A DNA stretch of 64,000 nt, taken from Balanoglossus misakiensis. Its lineage: Eukaryota > Animalia > Hemichordata. Positions within the stretch are counted from its first letter, which is position 1; each line of letters begins with the position of its first letter. Both the position numbers and the translations under genes were made by a program. The stretch covers positions 248,001-312,000 of the forward strand of contig CM082596.2 in the NCBI GenBank assembly GCA_040954595.2. Reading direction: 5' to 3'. Under the pieces are notes generated by a model, which had not been told where the DNA came from, did not search any database, and saw nothing but the letters and a program-made list of their open reading frames with translations. Shown here in pieces: positions 26,801-41,424 of this stretch.

Positions 26801-29800
26801 TTCAAGGATGATTGTATTAATTGTTTTCCATTTGTAACAAGATTACCAGCAGTTACAAACAGGAAGCCAATACTTTCAGGCATTACTTGAAAGATTCCAC
26901 TAGGAACCGCGACGCCGATGGTAACTGTTCAGCAGATTTCCCAGTAAATGCACGGACACCTTAATCCATCCCTGTCTGGCGATAATTTATTGGATTAAGC
27001 TTACAAACGCCGGTTAAGAGGACTAATGACACTAATGACAGTCAATTTGTCGAATATGCTTCTCTGTTTGATGGACTTCTTATTTCAAGCCCTTCCAGGC
27101 GCCATGCACACATTTCGGTGTTTTAGAAACTTGGTTATTATCCATTCTGTATTCCCTATCTTATTTGAATGTCAATTCAATCTTACCACAGAAAACATGT
27201 TTTTCTTCTACGATATTATAAACCTGACAGACAAAACAGAATATTTTTTTCAAGTGGATTTTCAGCCAAAGCAGAAGATTTGATGGATTACAAATGATGA
27301 TGTAAAATTATGATCTTATTGGGACAGGCTTCTAAAGTGAAGTCGCCGATTTGGGTGGTAAAGCTAAATGTTATGCTGTCAACAAACTAATATTCCCTCC
27401 ATGCCATGGTGTAATACACACTTCGTCAGACTTCATATTCATAAACGATGCATCGTCTTCTAAAAAGTGAATAGCATTTCGAAAAGTTGGTGAGATTTTC
27501 AAGGTATGAAATCAAAGCATTTCATATCCACGTCCAGATCATAGCAGTTTGTGTTTCATTAATTGTTAAAGCAACATGGAAATAGAACATTTAAATGACC
27601 TTTCACAGCAACTATCAAGCAAATACTTTCTGAATGGTGCATTTCATCAAAATGGTGGTTTGTGTATACAGTATACGCACATCAGGTGCACAAATTGCAC
27701 ATTTCAAAAAAGTATAGTCTGCTGTTCACATCTGTCTGTACTTCTCGATTGTAAAGCCCACTTTCTGTTCCTTTTCCACCATAATTGCATTTATAACATG
27801 ATGTATAATAAATATTTCTAACAGGTTAAAAAACACTCATTTATCTGTGCCCAAAGAAAGCGCAATTAATTGGTCCTCGAGTAAGACGGTATTTCCACAG
27901 ACACACCACCTTACATAAGAACGCCAAACATTATCAGAAACCTTTCCAATGTTAACTTTCACAATTGGCCCTGTGTTGTCGTCACGCAAATGTGTTAGCT
28001 GTCGTTTCCGAACAGACGTCTAAAGTGTGAAGCACAACCTCAGGAGTTGTAAGTACACTCCGTTGAAATCTCTTGGGTATCTTTTCTCGAGAGATGCTAA
28101 TACAGTAGCTGCTAGATACGACTTGCAATAATACCGTGAAGATGTTTCTTTTTGTTCGCGGATTTTTGTAATGTTTGTGTCATATGAGAACTTATTAATA
28201 CTGTTCTTTTCACTGCTACACCATCAGAGTAACTCTCCCAGCTAATCTTTTTTTCTGTACATGGAACTTAAATACCTATCGTGTGATAAAAGAGCTGTGG
28301 CTGCCAATCATCTTGGGATCAGGGCCTGATCAACAGACAAATTCAGCACATTTCTATATATACATAAATAACATCTTCTACGAAACCAAATATAACCAAC
28401 ATCTCACGTAAAAGAATTTGACATTGACCTATGAAACGAGAAGGGCAACACTTCACAAAACAGTATGAAATGTGAATATGTACTGGCCATCAGTCAGCAT
28501 ACGTTGTTATGGATCGACAACTGAGAAATGTATGATTCCTCAGGCACGAGTCTTCATAACTCTGTGCAATGAGGCTATATCATTCAGTATATATATGTGT
28601 TGTGTACATCAACATGCATGGTAATAGCAATTGCATATCGAGGCTGAGCAATGTTGTAGAACGATGAGTCAGCTCATAGCAACAGGTAATATTCCCGGAT
28701 GAATTATCAGCAAATCATGGAGAAATAACAACAGATAGATGTTGTCCCGATATGGAGGGAAAAGATGGTGTACAACTGTGTGACTTTGGATACGAATCCA
28801 AGACTTCCTAATATCAAATTTCTATGCTCCTTGAAGTTATTTTGGAGTAGGTGTTAACTGTTTATAGTAACTGCACGATCGCACTTGCATTCGAAATGTG
28901 AATACAATTAAAACTAAACACACTCTTGAGATTTGCACTGCAGCCTGAAAACATGTACTTACAGGCAGAGATTGACCCAGAAGGTGAAGATTCTGTTTGA
29001 GGACTCGATTTCCGTCAAGCGCACTGTTCTGGTTCTTACTAGACGACAAGATGTCAGACGTTCAGTCCGGCCAGATTTCATCCAAATCTGAGAGATACAG
29101 ACTCCCACGTGTGTTGGTGTTTCATCGGCCGGCCAAACCATTCATGTGCAGGGAGAATAAATGACGTTCCCACATCGGGTATACGTAGCAGTCAGTCAAC
29201 AGAACTCGATCAGTTTGATGTTGATCATCACAACATTTACCAACAGTTTATTAGTGCTTTGGCCTCTGACACCCAATTTGTGGGTTAATGAACACAATAA
29301 ATAAATCTAATAGTTCCTCACTATACATCGTTAAAACATCCTGTAACTGTAGACTACCCTTCTTTCTCTAGCCCTAGCCCAAAACATATCTAAACAGCCA
29401 TTTTCGAATGCTGTCCAAGAATGGATCAGTCCAGTTTTAATTGCAAAGGATGTTCTGGTATCGTTGAGCTTGTAGCATAATCAATGAAAAGAGCAATGAC
29501 AGAGATGATGTGGCACAAAAGAGTGTTGGCGACTTGAAGGAAATACTTTTAAATCCTGACCAATTTCTGCATTTTGCATCAATTTCTATATTTTAAACCT
29601 CTTTTTGTAAATAAATGATTGGCTTTTAATCATTATAGATTTAAATTAAACACATACATCGGTTTGTACCACATGACACACAATTGATTTTCATCATAAG
29701 TGAACCATACACTCAGTATCATACAATTATCAAACCACAATATGTAAACATGACGAGAGTCCCAAGCTAAGCCATCGGGCACGCAATATTCACTTCTTTA

Positions 29801-31086
29801 TGTTTGCTTCCTCATTTAAAAGGACATTGTATGCCAAAAGCGGTTCATTCTTTTCATGGAAACGATAAACAAGCACGTCCAGAGTAATTGCACACCGCCA
29901 GCACAATTTTAAATGGTGTTTTACACAAACAATTGCGTAGCGGTACCTCAAAGATAATGCAATTTCATGGTGTCTACACTGCCCTCAGTTTCCCAGTGCA
30001 AAGAGGCATTTTAGGTGACACTGCCTTATATCGGCATGTTAATATAAAAACAAATAATTTTTATCGCTTACTAATGTATCTTACTGATCGTTACTTTTCG
30101 TGCTTTTAAATATATTCAAAAATCAAAGGGTGAGATACGTGGAAGTGAATGAAGAAAGCAAGCTTAAGGTCACCATAGATATAAATTACTACCAGTGATG
30201 AAAAAATAATTGATAAAAGGTCAAAAGGCAGAAAGCTGGCACCAGAATGTTAAATATCAGGGAACGATTGTTTCGCCTCAAATTGTGGTCGCGTTTTTAA
30301 ATTTCCGACTTGGGTCATGGTTCTCTGTAATGACTTGTCGGTGACCAGCAAAGGATATGCTAGAATGAGGGAACTTCTCTGCCCCAGGAACCGTAATTTG
30401 GCATGAACACAGGATCTTCAGCCACATGCCGTTGAGAAGGACTTAGTACATGAGAATCACCAAGGTTACAGAAGTGAATAAATTGAAATTAACATAGTTA
30501 ACACAAAATGGTAGCACTCACGTGCACCTGTGTGTTAAAGCCATTCCTCTTGTACTGGCTTTTAAAATATCTTTCAGGCTTTTTGGGGACTAATGGCTTT
30601 GGAGATTAAACATAATTTTCCTGATAATAGATCCCGTAGAACAAAATTGCAATTTCTACAAATAATGGCAGTTGCTTTTAACCAGAAATTGGTTCAAAGA
30701 ATGATTAGTTAACATAATCAAACATATTTACATTGAATGTATATTTATTTATTTGCACATCTTGCATGTGATGGTTCTTTGTTCCTGTGGAATTTCTGGA
30801 ATAGTTTTTACTTGTGCCATTACAAAAAATAGGCTATTACCATGGTTACTACCATGGTTACCATTTTAATAAGTGCATTAACATAACACGCAGCACAACG
30901 CGGTGCATAGTACAATTGGGTTTTTATAGTTATGAGTTACAGGCCAGCGTGCATGTAAGGTTACAGAGACCTATCTTTCTAGTTTTCCATACAAGTCCTG
31001 GTGTTAGAGAACTAATGCCTTACGTCTGGCACCACTAGAATATTTACCTTTTTAATGTTAAATGTTTTATATTTCGCGCTAATGCA

Positions 31087-31128
31087 TGACTGACTGACTG
31101 ACTGACTGACTGACTGAATGAATGAATG
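31087..31128. repeat. Compound microsatellite (TGAC)7(TGAA)3
   Basis: Read directly. Confidence 0.97.
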
Positions 31129-34100
31129 CACCAGGTTTTGTTGTTAAAAAATCTCGAGTCAAAATTGGCAAAAATATAGTGCTTAGATGGGGGTGGAGTT
31201 CAATTCAAGTCAGAAGTTTCTTTCGAGGCGGACAAACACTGGCGCACAATCAACTATAGAAAAAACGAAGGCACTGCAGAAACCTGATATTGCTTCTGGC
31301 AGATTTTCTTTTTGAGCAAACTGCCGAATGTGTCTCCCGCTGTTTGTAGCCTTCGACCATAATAATTTAACAGTAAAGACTATTCATTATTCCAATAATG
31401 AACGAGCCCTTAAAACGTATGCACCTAGTCCCAGACATTGTCTGCTCTCGTAACTGCATTGTATATCTTTGAAAAGAAGTGAATGTTACTAAATCAAGGC
31501 ATAGTACCTTGAAATAGCATAATTTTCAAAATAGCCAAATTACTGTTAAATATTTACAATCTTTGAGGGTGTTATCGCATCTTTAGAATTTTTTGATTGT
31601 GCCTAGATTTAATGTTGTACTTCCGTTACAAGGACTGGCCTTTTAAGGAAACAATTCTTGGCTCTTAAAGGTATAAAATATGCTGTGAGAGGAATCAATA
31701 GTACTGACTGCTTTTACCCTTCAAAGTAGAGAAATACTTAAAGGCAAAATTCTCATTCTATGTATGACAGTGGATTGTTCACCAATAAACTACAACCTAA
31801 GTTTTTAAAACACCTGACATTACTTCCTGGTCTTTTTGCCCAAAGTCCATATATCTGTCTTTCACAGACTTGACTTTGTTCTGTGTTGTGTTGATTCTCA
31901 GTGCTGTTCTGTATCGTTTTGTGACTGTTTGTCTTTGCAACTGGTCGTGTAAACACTATACATGTGATCGCAAATATTTTCAACCAATTTTTCATTCAAA
32001 AGAGTGTTAGAAATGTATTTTTCCACTGCAAACCCTGTTCATTCGAGTTGTCTTCGACTTAGAGACAGCATGGCAAATGATTGATTGGATAAGCTAGAGG
32101 CAGTATACTTTTCTCCCTAATTGGAAATGTCGTGACCTCAAGCAGCTGGAAAGAGGAAACATTCGTCGAATTTCCGCCAGATGTTACATTTGGAGACACG
32201 CAAAACAGCTAGATATGTAATATGCTACCAATATTGCATCACTTTGATATCTTTATCTCAGCACATCTGGTCAACATATATTGTGCATATGGGTATTACT
32301 TGTTATCTAGTGGGTACTGATTGACTGAACATACAAGGACTAATATTTTGTTCTTAAGAATGAATCTTATGCGGTTAAATCGATTTTCAACTGTCATTCA
32401 GTACTGCATGCAAGGAAGCAAAACAGTACCTGTTCATCTCAGAATTTAATTCGAGCATTCGGTTGGAGTTAGTTCCAATAAGAATTTTGGAATCTATTGA
32501 CCATATGTTGAAGTGTTTTTAGAGTTGTCGTGAAATCGCCAGTGACATAACACCATTGGTTGATTGGAAGCCATATCTTATATCATACCTCATAGCTGTA
32601 CAAGCAATGCAGAAACCTGGTTAAGAGTTTTATGTTTTCCTGATTCAAAAGCCTTTGGCTGTTTCATTAGGTGTCTTGTAAGTTCTTACGAGAGGTTTCT
32701 CAACTGTGGATTTTGTATGGGTTATATACCGGTATATTAAAATGCCAGTATGAAACACGCCTGTGAAATATTGCTGAATGACCTATGCTGGACGATAAAC
32801 ATTTCGTGCATTGATAAGTGTTCCCCAAATATGAACACACTCATACTACACATTCTCTTAACCGGCTCTGTTACCAGGAATTCCGGGTTGAAGAGGGCGC
32901 TTTTCATTTTTAAACACTCTTGCTCCTAAGCACTCTTAAATATGGCATATCCATCACACAAGGAGGAGCCCACACACACATGCATTTAATGTAATATCAA
33001 ATATTGTTAAAATATTGTGACAGATTCTGCTAAAATTGGTAGAAGCAGGTAGTAATGTTGGTTGGTAGTTGGGATGAGATACCTCTCCATCATGTGATAT
33101 GTAGCGCCCTCCTGCAGAATGGAGTTAAAGCATTATTTGGGTCGGCAACTGTAGTTTTTTAGAAGACGACCAATTGCCTATAGCAAGTCAACAATTCTAG
33201 TCATATTGCTGGGCTAATATTATTTCCCTAGAGGTCAGTTTTGCAAAATATCATTTGCACATAAATGTAGCATCAGTAGGCTTCAATAATATAAAAGCCG
33301 TGGCACAATACAGTGATCAGACAGCATGTTGTTTAATACTTTATCAGATATTGTTTGATAATTAAGTATTAATTTTTATTTTATGCCAAAATCCTCAGTT
33401 TCTGTAGTGTTCTTATAAATTCTCTGCCAGTGGAGGTAAAAAGTCTCATGACAATGTAAACCTCTGTTGTCCTCCATACATCAATCTTTATCACTTAATT
33501 ATCAGAATCTAAAGCTACTCCATATTGTTATTTGCTCCAGCTAAGCCACCTGACTAGCTTTTCCAAGAGATTAATTTTAACTGGATGGGGATTAACCCCT
33601 ACACAATCATCACTTGGTCAGCTGATTTCACTATGCACATGCAGTGAACGAAGGTCAGATAGAGAACGAGGGCATACATGTAGTACTGAATATTGCAACC
33701 AACAACATAGAAATCAGAAGTGTGGTGTGCTGTTTTGAATGCATAGCAGTTCAAAGTATGTGACACAAACTAGAACAAAATGACTGTTTATCACCGAGCA
33801 AAAAGTACAGGATTGCCTTGTGTTGTGTTGTGTTCAGAAATTCTCACAGTTTTGCCATCCAGGTTTGAAATGTAATCAGATTGGTCATTGGACATAAGCA
33901 CTACATATAGTAACGCCCAATGAAATTTCTTTCCGCTTTTTCAAGTATCGTTTCCTAACCTTGAGAATCAGTTTTATCCATTCCCCCGTCTGTTAAGGTA
34001 TTCAGTAAAATGTTACAATTTTTCCAACAGTGTAAAATGTAGAAAAAAAAGCTAATACAAGTAGGTTACTTGTTATGCTTCTTACTAAAATCAGCAGTCG

Positions 34101-37100
34101 CCGTAGTGAAACCACGGCGATGAACAGTGATTGCCTTGATCGATGGAGGCTTTCCCATTAAAAGTACGTTATTTAGTCGTTACCTATCAATAATGCAAGG
34201 TTTGCGGTCGCACAGGGTGCTCTTTTAGCCGAATGCCTGCCGGCTCTTCATGATTTTTCGAGACATCATGCAGTGAACGCTGACAAGTCCAAGAATTGGA
34301 TTGGCCTGCTCAGCTCATGAGTTTAATTGAAAGCAAAAGTGCAAGTAGTCTGCAAGAAAGTTTACCTCATTTCATGACGGAATCGTCAATACCTTGTTGT
34401 CATTTTACGGGAAATTCATCCACTCCTTCATTTAACTGCCGCTTTTCTCGTTAAAACGTGTCTGAAATTTACACGGTCGGTAAGGATTTAATGGACTTCA
34501 ACTTAATTATTTAGTTGTCTCGTATCATTGTATCTCACCTAAGTAGAACGGAAAAACACTCTGTACTTCAAGTTCTTGAAAGCATGTTCGAGGTTAGTCT
34601 ATACACTGATGCGTTCAAACACAGTTGTTATTAGCGACGGGGGATCTTTTGTTCAGGTGTTCAAGTTCTCCAGTGTATACAGGCATTACAGCCATTCAGG
34701 CTCTGGTTACACTTTTGTACACAACGCTGTGAGCCTTCTTTTTACTCAAAGGGTCACCAGAACAACAGACTCTAATCAATCTTGCACTTTACCGTTTACA
34801 TGTGCGTTTGCTAATGGAGTGGGTCTGGTCATCAGCAAACGCTCAATTTCGTCCGAGATGGCAAAATGTAAAGCGATATCATAAAATATTCTTTATTACT
34901 GAAACATTTGGCAATACTGCTATATCGTTACTGTCAAATATTGTAGTCTGAGTTTAAAACCAGGTTCTTGGTCGACCCTTTACACTAGTTGAATGTACTC
35001 TTTGCGTCTGGTAACGACAGATGTATAAATCAACCACTGCCCAATTACAAACTGTAGCTATTGCACACGGTGTATTAAGTGAAGCGGTTAGGAGAATTGT
35101 CTCTTAAAATAATAAATTTTGATTATTTATTGAGCTTGTATGAAGTAGCTCGGCATGTTGCGTCTACTAACTGTCAACCTTCAAAACATCTTGTTCTTTT
35201 TTATTGTTCTGGTTGCAAACAGGAATAAAGAGAAACTCCCCCAAAAAGAGAAGTCAATACGACTTTTGACTAATTTATTCATGCAATAGTATTGGTTTCT
35301 GATTTTTTTAATGTAGAAACAGAGCGGCACATGTAACGAGTTAGCATGATTTCAGCGCATTAATGGTTAAAGTCACCGATGATTAGACACATGTTATGTG
35401 ATGGTCCGATACACTCAACTGAACACGACCTGAACTAGGAGAGACTGCAACCTCCCTAGTTTCTGAGAAATTTGAAACTTAGCAGCGGTTTAAGAGGTTA
35501 AATTGTTCAGCATTTCTACAAGGAATGCAGTTTACTGAAAAGCGATATCTGACCTGGCAGAGGGATGGGTCATGACGTCGATTATAACACCATGTGTTGA
35601 TGGAATACGGAAGATCTGCAATTGTTACCAATACCGATCATTTCCTCTCCTTTACACATCAGTGTTGCAAAAATTAATATTTACACAAGTTGCTCCTAGG
35701 ATAAGCAAATTTTAGGTGATTCTGCCCCAAGAGTAATCAATACTAGAATCTTTTCATATAGTATAGCAAGCAAGGCGCTACTTGAGCTAAACGCACGCAC
35801 ATAAAATCGCTCGATCGATTGCAGTTTAACCTTTCATTAGAATACATATTTCCCAGAACAGACTTGAAAAAACAGTGATTTCAGTGTATTGTTGTCTGGT
35901 TGAAAATGATACAAATGAATAATTACATTGATCGAGAATTCCATTAGTCATGTTCCTGATAGATGTTTAAACAGGATATGAAAAACAGAGATTTGATCTT
36001 TCAAGATTGAAAAAAATGGTGTTACAGTTCCATTGCCAGAATATTCCAAATGGGGACTACCATCTACTCTTTGCAAGTATTTACAACCTTGTTCACAGTA
36101 TCACCGAAGAAGTAAAACATAATTATCCTGCTGCTAGTTATTTTTCAAAGTTTCTGGTTGCCTGCCTAGGGGTACACAATTCACCAATATTATTATTGTA
36201 CTAAAATAAGATATATGAAATACCATAAATATTATATTACAGGCTATGCCCACAGGTCAAGTATTTAGCGAGTAAATGTAATTAACCTAGGTGGAAAATA
36301 TAGAGGAAATTATAGTATGGGACGGCAATACCTTCTTGCAAATGATTGCAAAGAGGTAATCTTACTTATTACAACCGTTTATTTTCTGTATGTTAGTTTC
36401 CGTTCAAATTATCAATGTGGGCTTTTATAATAAAATAATTTAATGCATATTTGCTAATTACGTGTTTGTTTCTTCTACAGTGAATGAACGCGCGGATGGG
36501 ATGGATGGATGGGAGGATGACGTCATATGATTCTAAACAATTTGGATGGACCCGTTATTTGACACAACTGTAAACTATTTTACCTTGACTGTCAGACACA
36601 TGCACACAGTAAGGCAGCACTGCATGTATGCATAAGTGTAGCACACTCATATAGCGCCAAATATGCAAAGTCAATGTCAACGTCAAATCTGCATGGATCA
36701 ATTTGAATGCATATTCCTTGTATCCATAAGACATGTGCTTTCAGGAATGTACAATATTTCCCAGGTGGAAATGTCACCACAGGAATCTTAAATGAATATC
36801 ATGGGGACACTTTGAAAAAGATGGATCGTATCAAAATAAAGGCAGAGTAGTAATCAGGTCCGTTCAGTTGGCATAACTTTTAGTTTGAAAAATGGAGTCT
36901 TAGCTGACCTTCATGAGGAGAACATATGGAAATGAAGGGTGTATATTTACTGTACATAAAATTCTAATTCGCATATTTGCCATATATTTCTCACATTAGC
37001 GCATCAAATCGATGACACTTGTTACAGATATTTAGTCTAAATCTTTAAACAGTTCCATGTTTAGTAAAATCTGCATACTTAACGAATTTGTGTATTCAGC

Positions 37101-38905
37101 ACCATAAATCAGGGTGACTGCACTGTTAGAAACCTATACCCATCCATATGATATAAAATCATAGGTCAAGTATCACATGTACATGGATACGGGTCTACAA
37201 GTAAATCAAAAACTACGAATGTAGTAGCCCAGCAGAGATATAATTTGATCCTATCTTCACACAGAAGTGTTCCATATGATAAGTGACCTTGATACAAAGG
37301 TTGACAAAAACTTTCTGAAGGTTTGCACTGATAATAATTGCAAGGCAGGTGTGGATGTCACAAGCATGGCTAAGAAATTCACTGATACAGGTATTTATCT
37401 CAACAACAATGAAGAACCTCAAAGGTCATCTGTAGTGGTGATATCCTGTAATAGCCAGATATGCCAAAGTAGGTTTCTTTTTAGCGTACATAATAAAACC
37501 TATTTGATGGTGGCACACCGTATTGCAATCAACCTTTATGGGCATTCGGTATCATTAAAACATCAGGGTTTCCAAATATTCTCAAATAATAAGGATACAT
37601 TATTGACTTACGAACGTAGAAAACCCAGTGGTGAAAATTTAGCATTTCCGTGTGATGCACTGAGTAATGAGTGCCCAGGTATAAGCACAGAATCAGATTT
37701 AACGCTGTTATTTGACATTTACGCATAGCACACAGCTTTGTCCTGACTTCAAAATAGGGTACACTTTCATAAGTTGGTAATTCCATACAGCAAATTGAAA
37801 GCTGATGTTACAGAGCAACTGTAATTTGGTTTAGCGAGCAGTGTATATGAAATAGTTTGCGATGTGACAACGCAGATTGCCATGATGATTATGACTATTT
37901 TTACGTGGGTATTTCATGTTGTTGTCAATTTTGCTACATTTCCAAACTACCTCCATGGTTGTATAATTCAGTTTCACCTACGCATGACGTCTGGAAATGA
38001 ATGTGCTAGAATTTTGATCCCATCTTCCATGCTGAGATCTTACATACATCGAAATCCACAAACGAAATTCTATCTTGTAGCTCAAGATTTCCACTGTCCA
38101 TTAAGAATAACTAAATTACACAAAAATATTTTAATCAATTAATCACACTCAACGAAAGAAACCTATGACTATGACATAACCAAGTTACATGCAAGGCTAT
38201 AGACTACAAAATAGACCGTACTGATATTTGAACACTAGGTCTAACATTACTAATGTTGAAATTTGATGCAGAACTCAATGATTTCCAGAATATAGCCCCA
38301 GAAATTACACTTTAATATTTTTATGTGAAACAAACAGTTTCGATTATACTGTATTTGATAATCGTGAGTACTTTTATCACATACTCAACAAGTCGTCTGC
38401 TAAGTTACCGTCTTCTCGAAGTAGAAACACACCTAACCACTTTGATGAAAAAATGCTTTGCTTGATTCAAGCATCGTGCACACTGAAAGTGATGCTCAAT
38501 CATTCAGCGTTCCCACTCATAACCTGATATAAATTCTTTTCCACGTTTGTTGAAAGTAAAATTATTTTCTAACTACTGCTGTTTAAAATGTGTAACATAT
38601 ATACCGGTATTAGTATTCAATTCTTATCAAAACTTCGAAGAATGGAGGACAGAGACTGCTCAGAGCCATATTAATTCATGTACACAGCAGGTAATGATAA
38701 CAGTGAAAGATGAAGCATCCAGCATAAAAGTATATTAGAATTTAAAAATTAAAAGCGACCTCGAGCATATCATTTTCGGTGCTGATTGTAAAGCTCTTTG
38801 TAACTCTCCGTGTCTCTCATCTATCTCTGGGCTGTGTCTACATACGCCACTGTCTCTGTCTCTCTATCTGTGGTATAAGTGTTGTTGTTTCTGTCCATAT
38901 CTCGG

Positions 38906-38943
38906 TCTGTCTGCCTGCCTGTCTGTCTCTCTGTCTGTCTGCC
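38906..38943. repeat. Degenerate (CTGT/CTGC)n simple repeat
   Basis: gtctgtctgcctgcctgtctgtctctctgtctgtctgcc. Confidence 0.8.
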
Positions 38944-41377
38944 TTATTGTTTAACTGCATGCCATAATCCCTGTCTCTTTATCATCTTCTCTCTGCCCCT
39001 TCTCTTAATTTAACGTTACGGTTTATATAGAATACCAGTTGCCAAGTCTATTCTACACTATATTCAACTGCAGCAATGGGATCGGCTTCGCTACATTCAT
39101 CACACTTCTGAAGGAATTATCCCATGTTATTATAAAATTGGCGCCATTTTGATATTGCACCTGGGAACTTAGGCACACAGGATTAAATTCATTCTATTTC
39201 CTTGCGCGAGGAAAGTAAATTTGGTAGCAGATGAGATGTCACCTAATAGGAAGTTACATATGGAATGTGAAAAGTCTTATCCCCTTCGCAAACTCCACCC
39301 CATTGACATGTTATCCTAGCAACTGATTTATCAAGATGAAAGGGTCATGGTGGTCATATTGCTATCTTCTGACACAAGGCATTTTTCTGAACCAAGGAAA
39401 TGGAACTCTGAGAAAACAGCACTGTAAGTGTGCGTGAGGTAGCTCGCGCAGAAAATATTACAAATCATTGTCTCGCATGCACATTAAGAAAACTACAAAG
39501 AAATGGCAATATTGGGAGAGCAGACACTGCCATAGACTTATTCATTTGGTACTTCAATGGGCCGATGCATTGCTTTCGCTAAGGTACAAGACGCCTGAGA
39601 TGAAATTACTTATACTTAGTAAGCATTTTCTGAATGCTTTCTTAATCTCATCTCGTCAGAGATGTCGATTTGTTTATAGGGAGTGACTAATTGAATCGAT
39701 GCTCGAAATAAATACAAGTTACGGTGGGACAGAAATGAAATCCATGGTAAAGTGGCCCAGTTCCATACAGTTTCAATTAATTATAAATATTCAAAATCTT
39801 GTCTGAAAAAGCTTGTCTTAAACACGGGCAGAATATATCACCAAGTTCTTTTGTACACTTATGAACCAGCTTGATATCGCGTTATATATGTAGGTTGATT
39901 TATGTGACACTCTGGATGCTGTGTTTAACCTCTGACCCCTGAAATCGTCACTGTTCCATAATTGAAATGGGCTTTCAAACTGTTACAGTAAGTTATCTAA
40001 TCAAAACACAAAGTGGGAAAATGTAAAAACACATAAATCATTGATGTCTTCATGATAAACTTTTGAGCGTGGTTAACATATTAAAATATTTCAGTCTAAG
40101 TTGTAACTTGTAAAGCATTGATGTAAGAGATCAAATCAATATTGTAAGGGTTAAGCTTGAATCAAAATGCTCAATCGGCCATACGTAATATTTGATAAAT
40201 CAACTTTGTCCGTATACCAGCGGTGTCATATTATCCCTTATGTAAGAACGAGTTGATTTTTGCTCCTGTTCTAGTAGTATGGGCAGCTGGGGGAAAGTTA
40301 TTTGCATAAAAACTAAATTCGTTTACACAGTTTTGATTTTTTATTGACTGCTACTGGCCATTTTCATTTGATTGTTCTTCTTCCCTGGGTGGCCTCCACT
40401 CAGGACGCACCGAGAAAGCGTAATCAAACGTACCTCAGCCATTGCCGCTTGTTATTCACAATCGTGTGAATCGACTAAACTACGTAATAATGTGGGCGTG
40501 ATAATTCAAGCCAAATAATCCGCTTTCTCCACGCACGGTGTGCGACGAAATGATCGATTTTCAGAGGAATATCCGTTTAGGGAGCCCATACTAGTGGCCG
40601 CATGTCTGACTTACATGTTACCTCTCTGTCAGTTCCTGATTGGCAATTTACAATGGCGCGGAAAACATTAGCAGCATGTCTGTAAGCCTATAGTTCTCTA
40701 GACAAACGCGACACTACCGAACATTACGGCTGCGGAAACAAATTTAGGGTATCTGAATTCAAATCTTTCAGAATATTTCATATTTTACAGTGCCTATACT
40801 GATTATAGGGGCCTAAAACGATTTTAATATAAACGTCATGCACTGGTACTACATCTGAATGCTTTCTCTCGAAATTGTCTCACAAATGCAGTTCCTTCCC
40901 CATCAACGCGAAATCTCTACTCAAACATTTGTACCTGCATTTCAACTATCTTCAATAACTCAACCTGGACTCAACCTTTTGCTCAAGAGCTTTAAATAGG
41001 TAGTCAGCCGTTGCCAACATGCTCACAAGTTGAAATTGCTCATTCTGTGACATGTAATTTTCACTCTTCTTAAAGCAAGTTAATTTCCGCAAACTGCGGC
41101 ATGTTTCATTTTAGTCTTTGCCTATAGTAAGTACATTACAGGCCGACAACTGTTAGAGTGTAACGAGGTTTTCAAATTGGTTTATTTATTACTCGCCTCT
41201 GAGGGCACTGTGATGAAATGGGGCTGTAAAATCCATCCTATGAAAGACATAAATCATTTTCACATATCTACACTTAGTGCAAAAATGTTTTGTTTTGTCA
41301 AACACAAAAAGGCAAATTGCAAATAGCTTTTGCAGTTTGTTTCGCAGGAAGATATCGTGGAACGGACTACCAAAATT

Positions 41378-41424
41378 TGTATAATGACTCCTGCTGCAGG
41401 CCAAACTGCAGGAGTCATTATACA
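41378..41424. repeat. Perfect 17-bp inverted repeat (hairpin)
   Basis: tgtataatgactcctgc (41378-41394) / gcaggagtcattataca (41408-41424). Confidence 0.92.
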
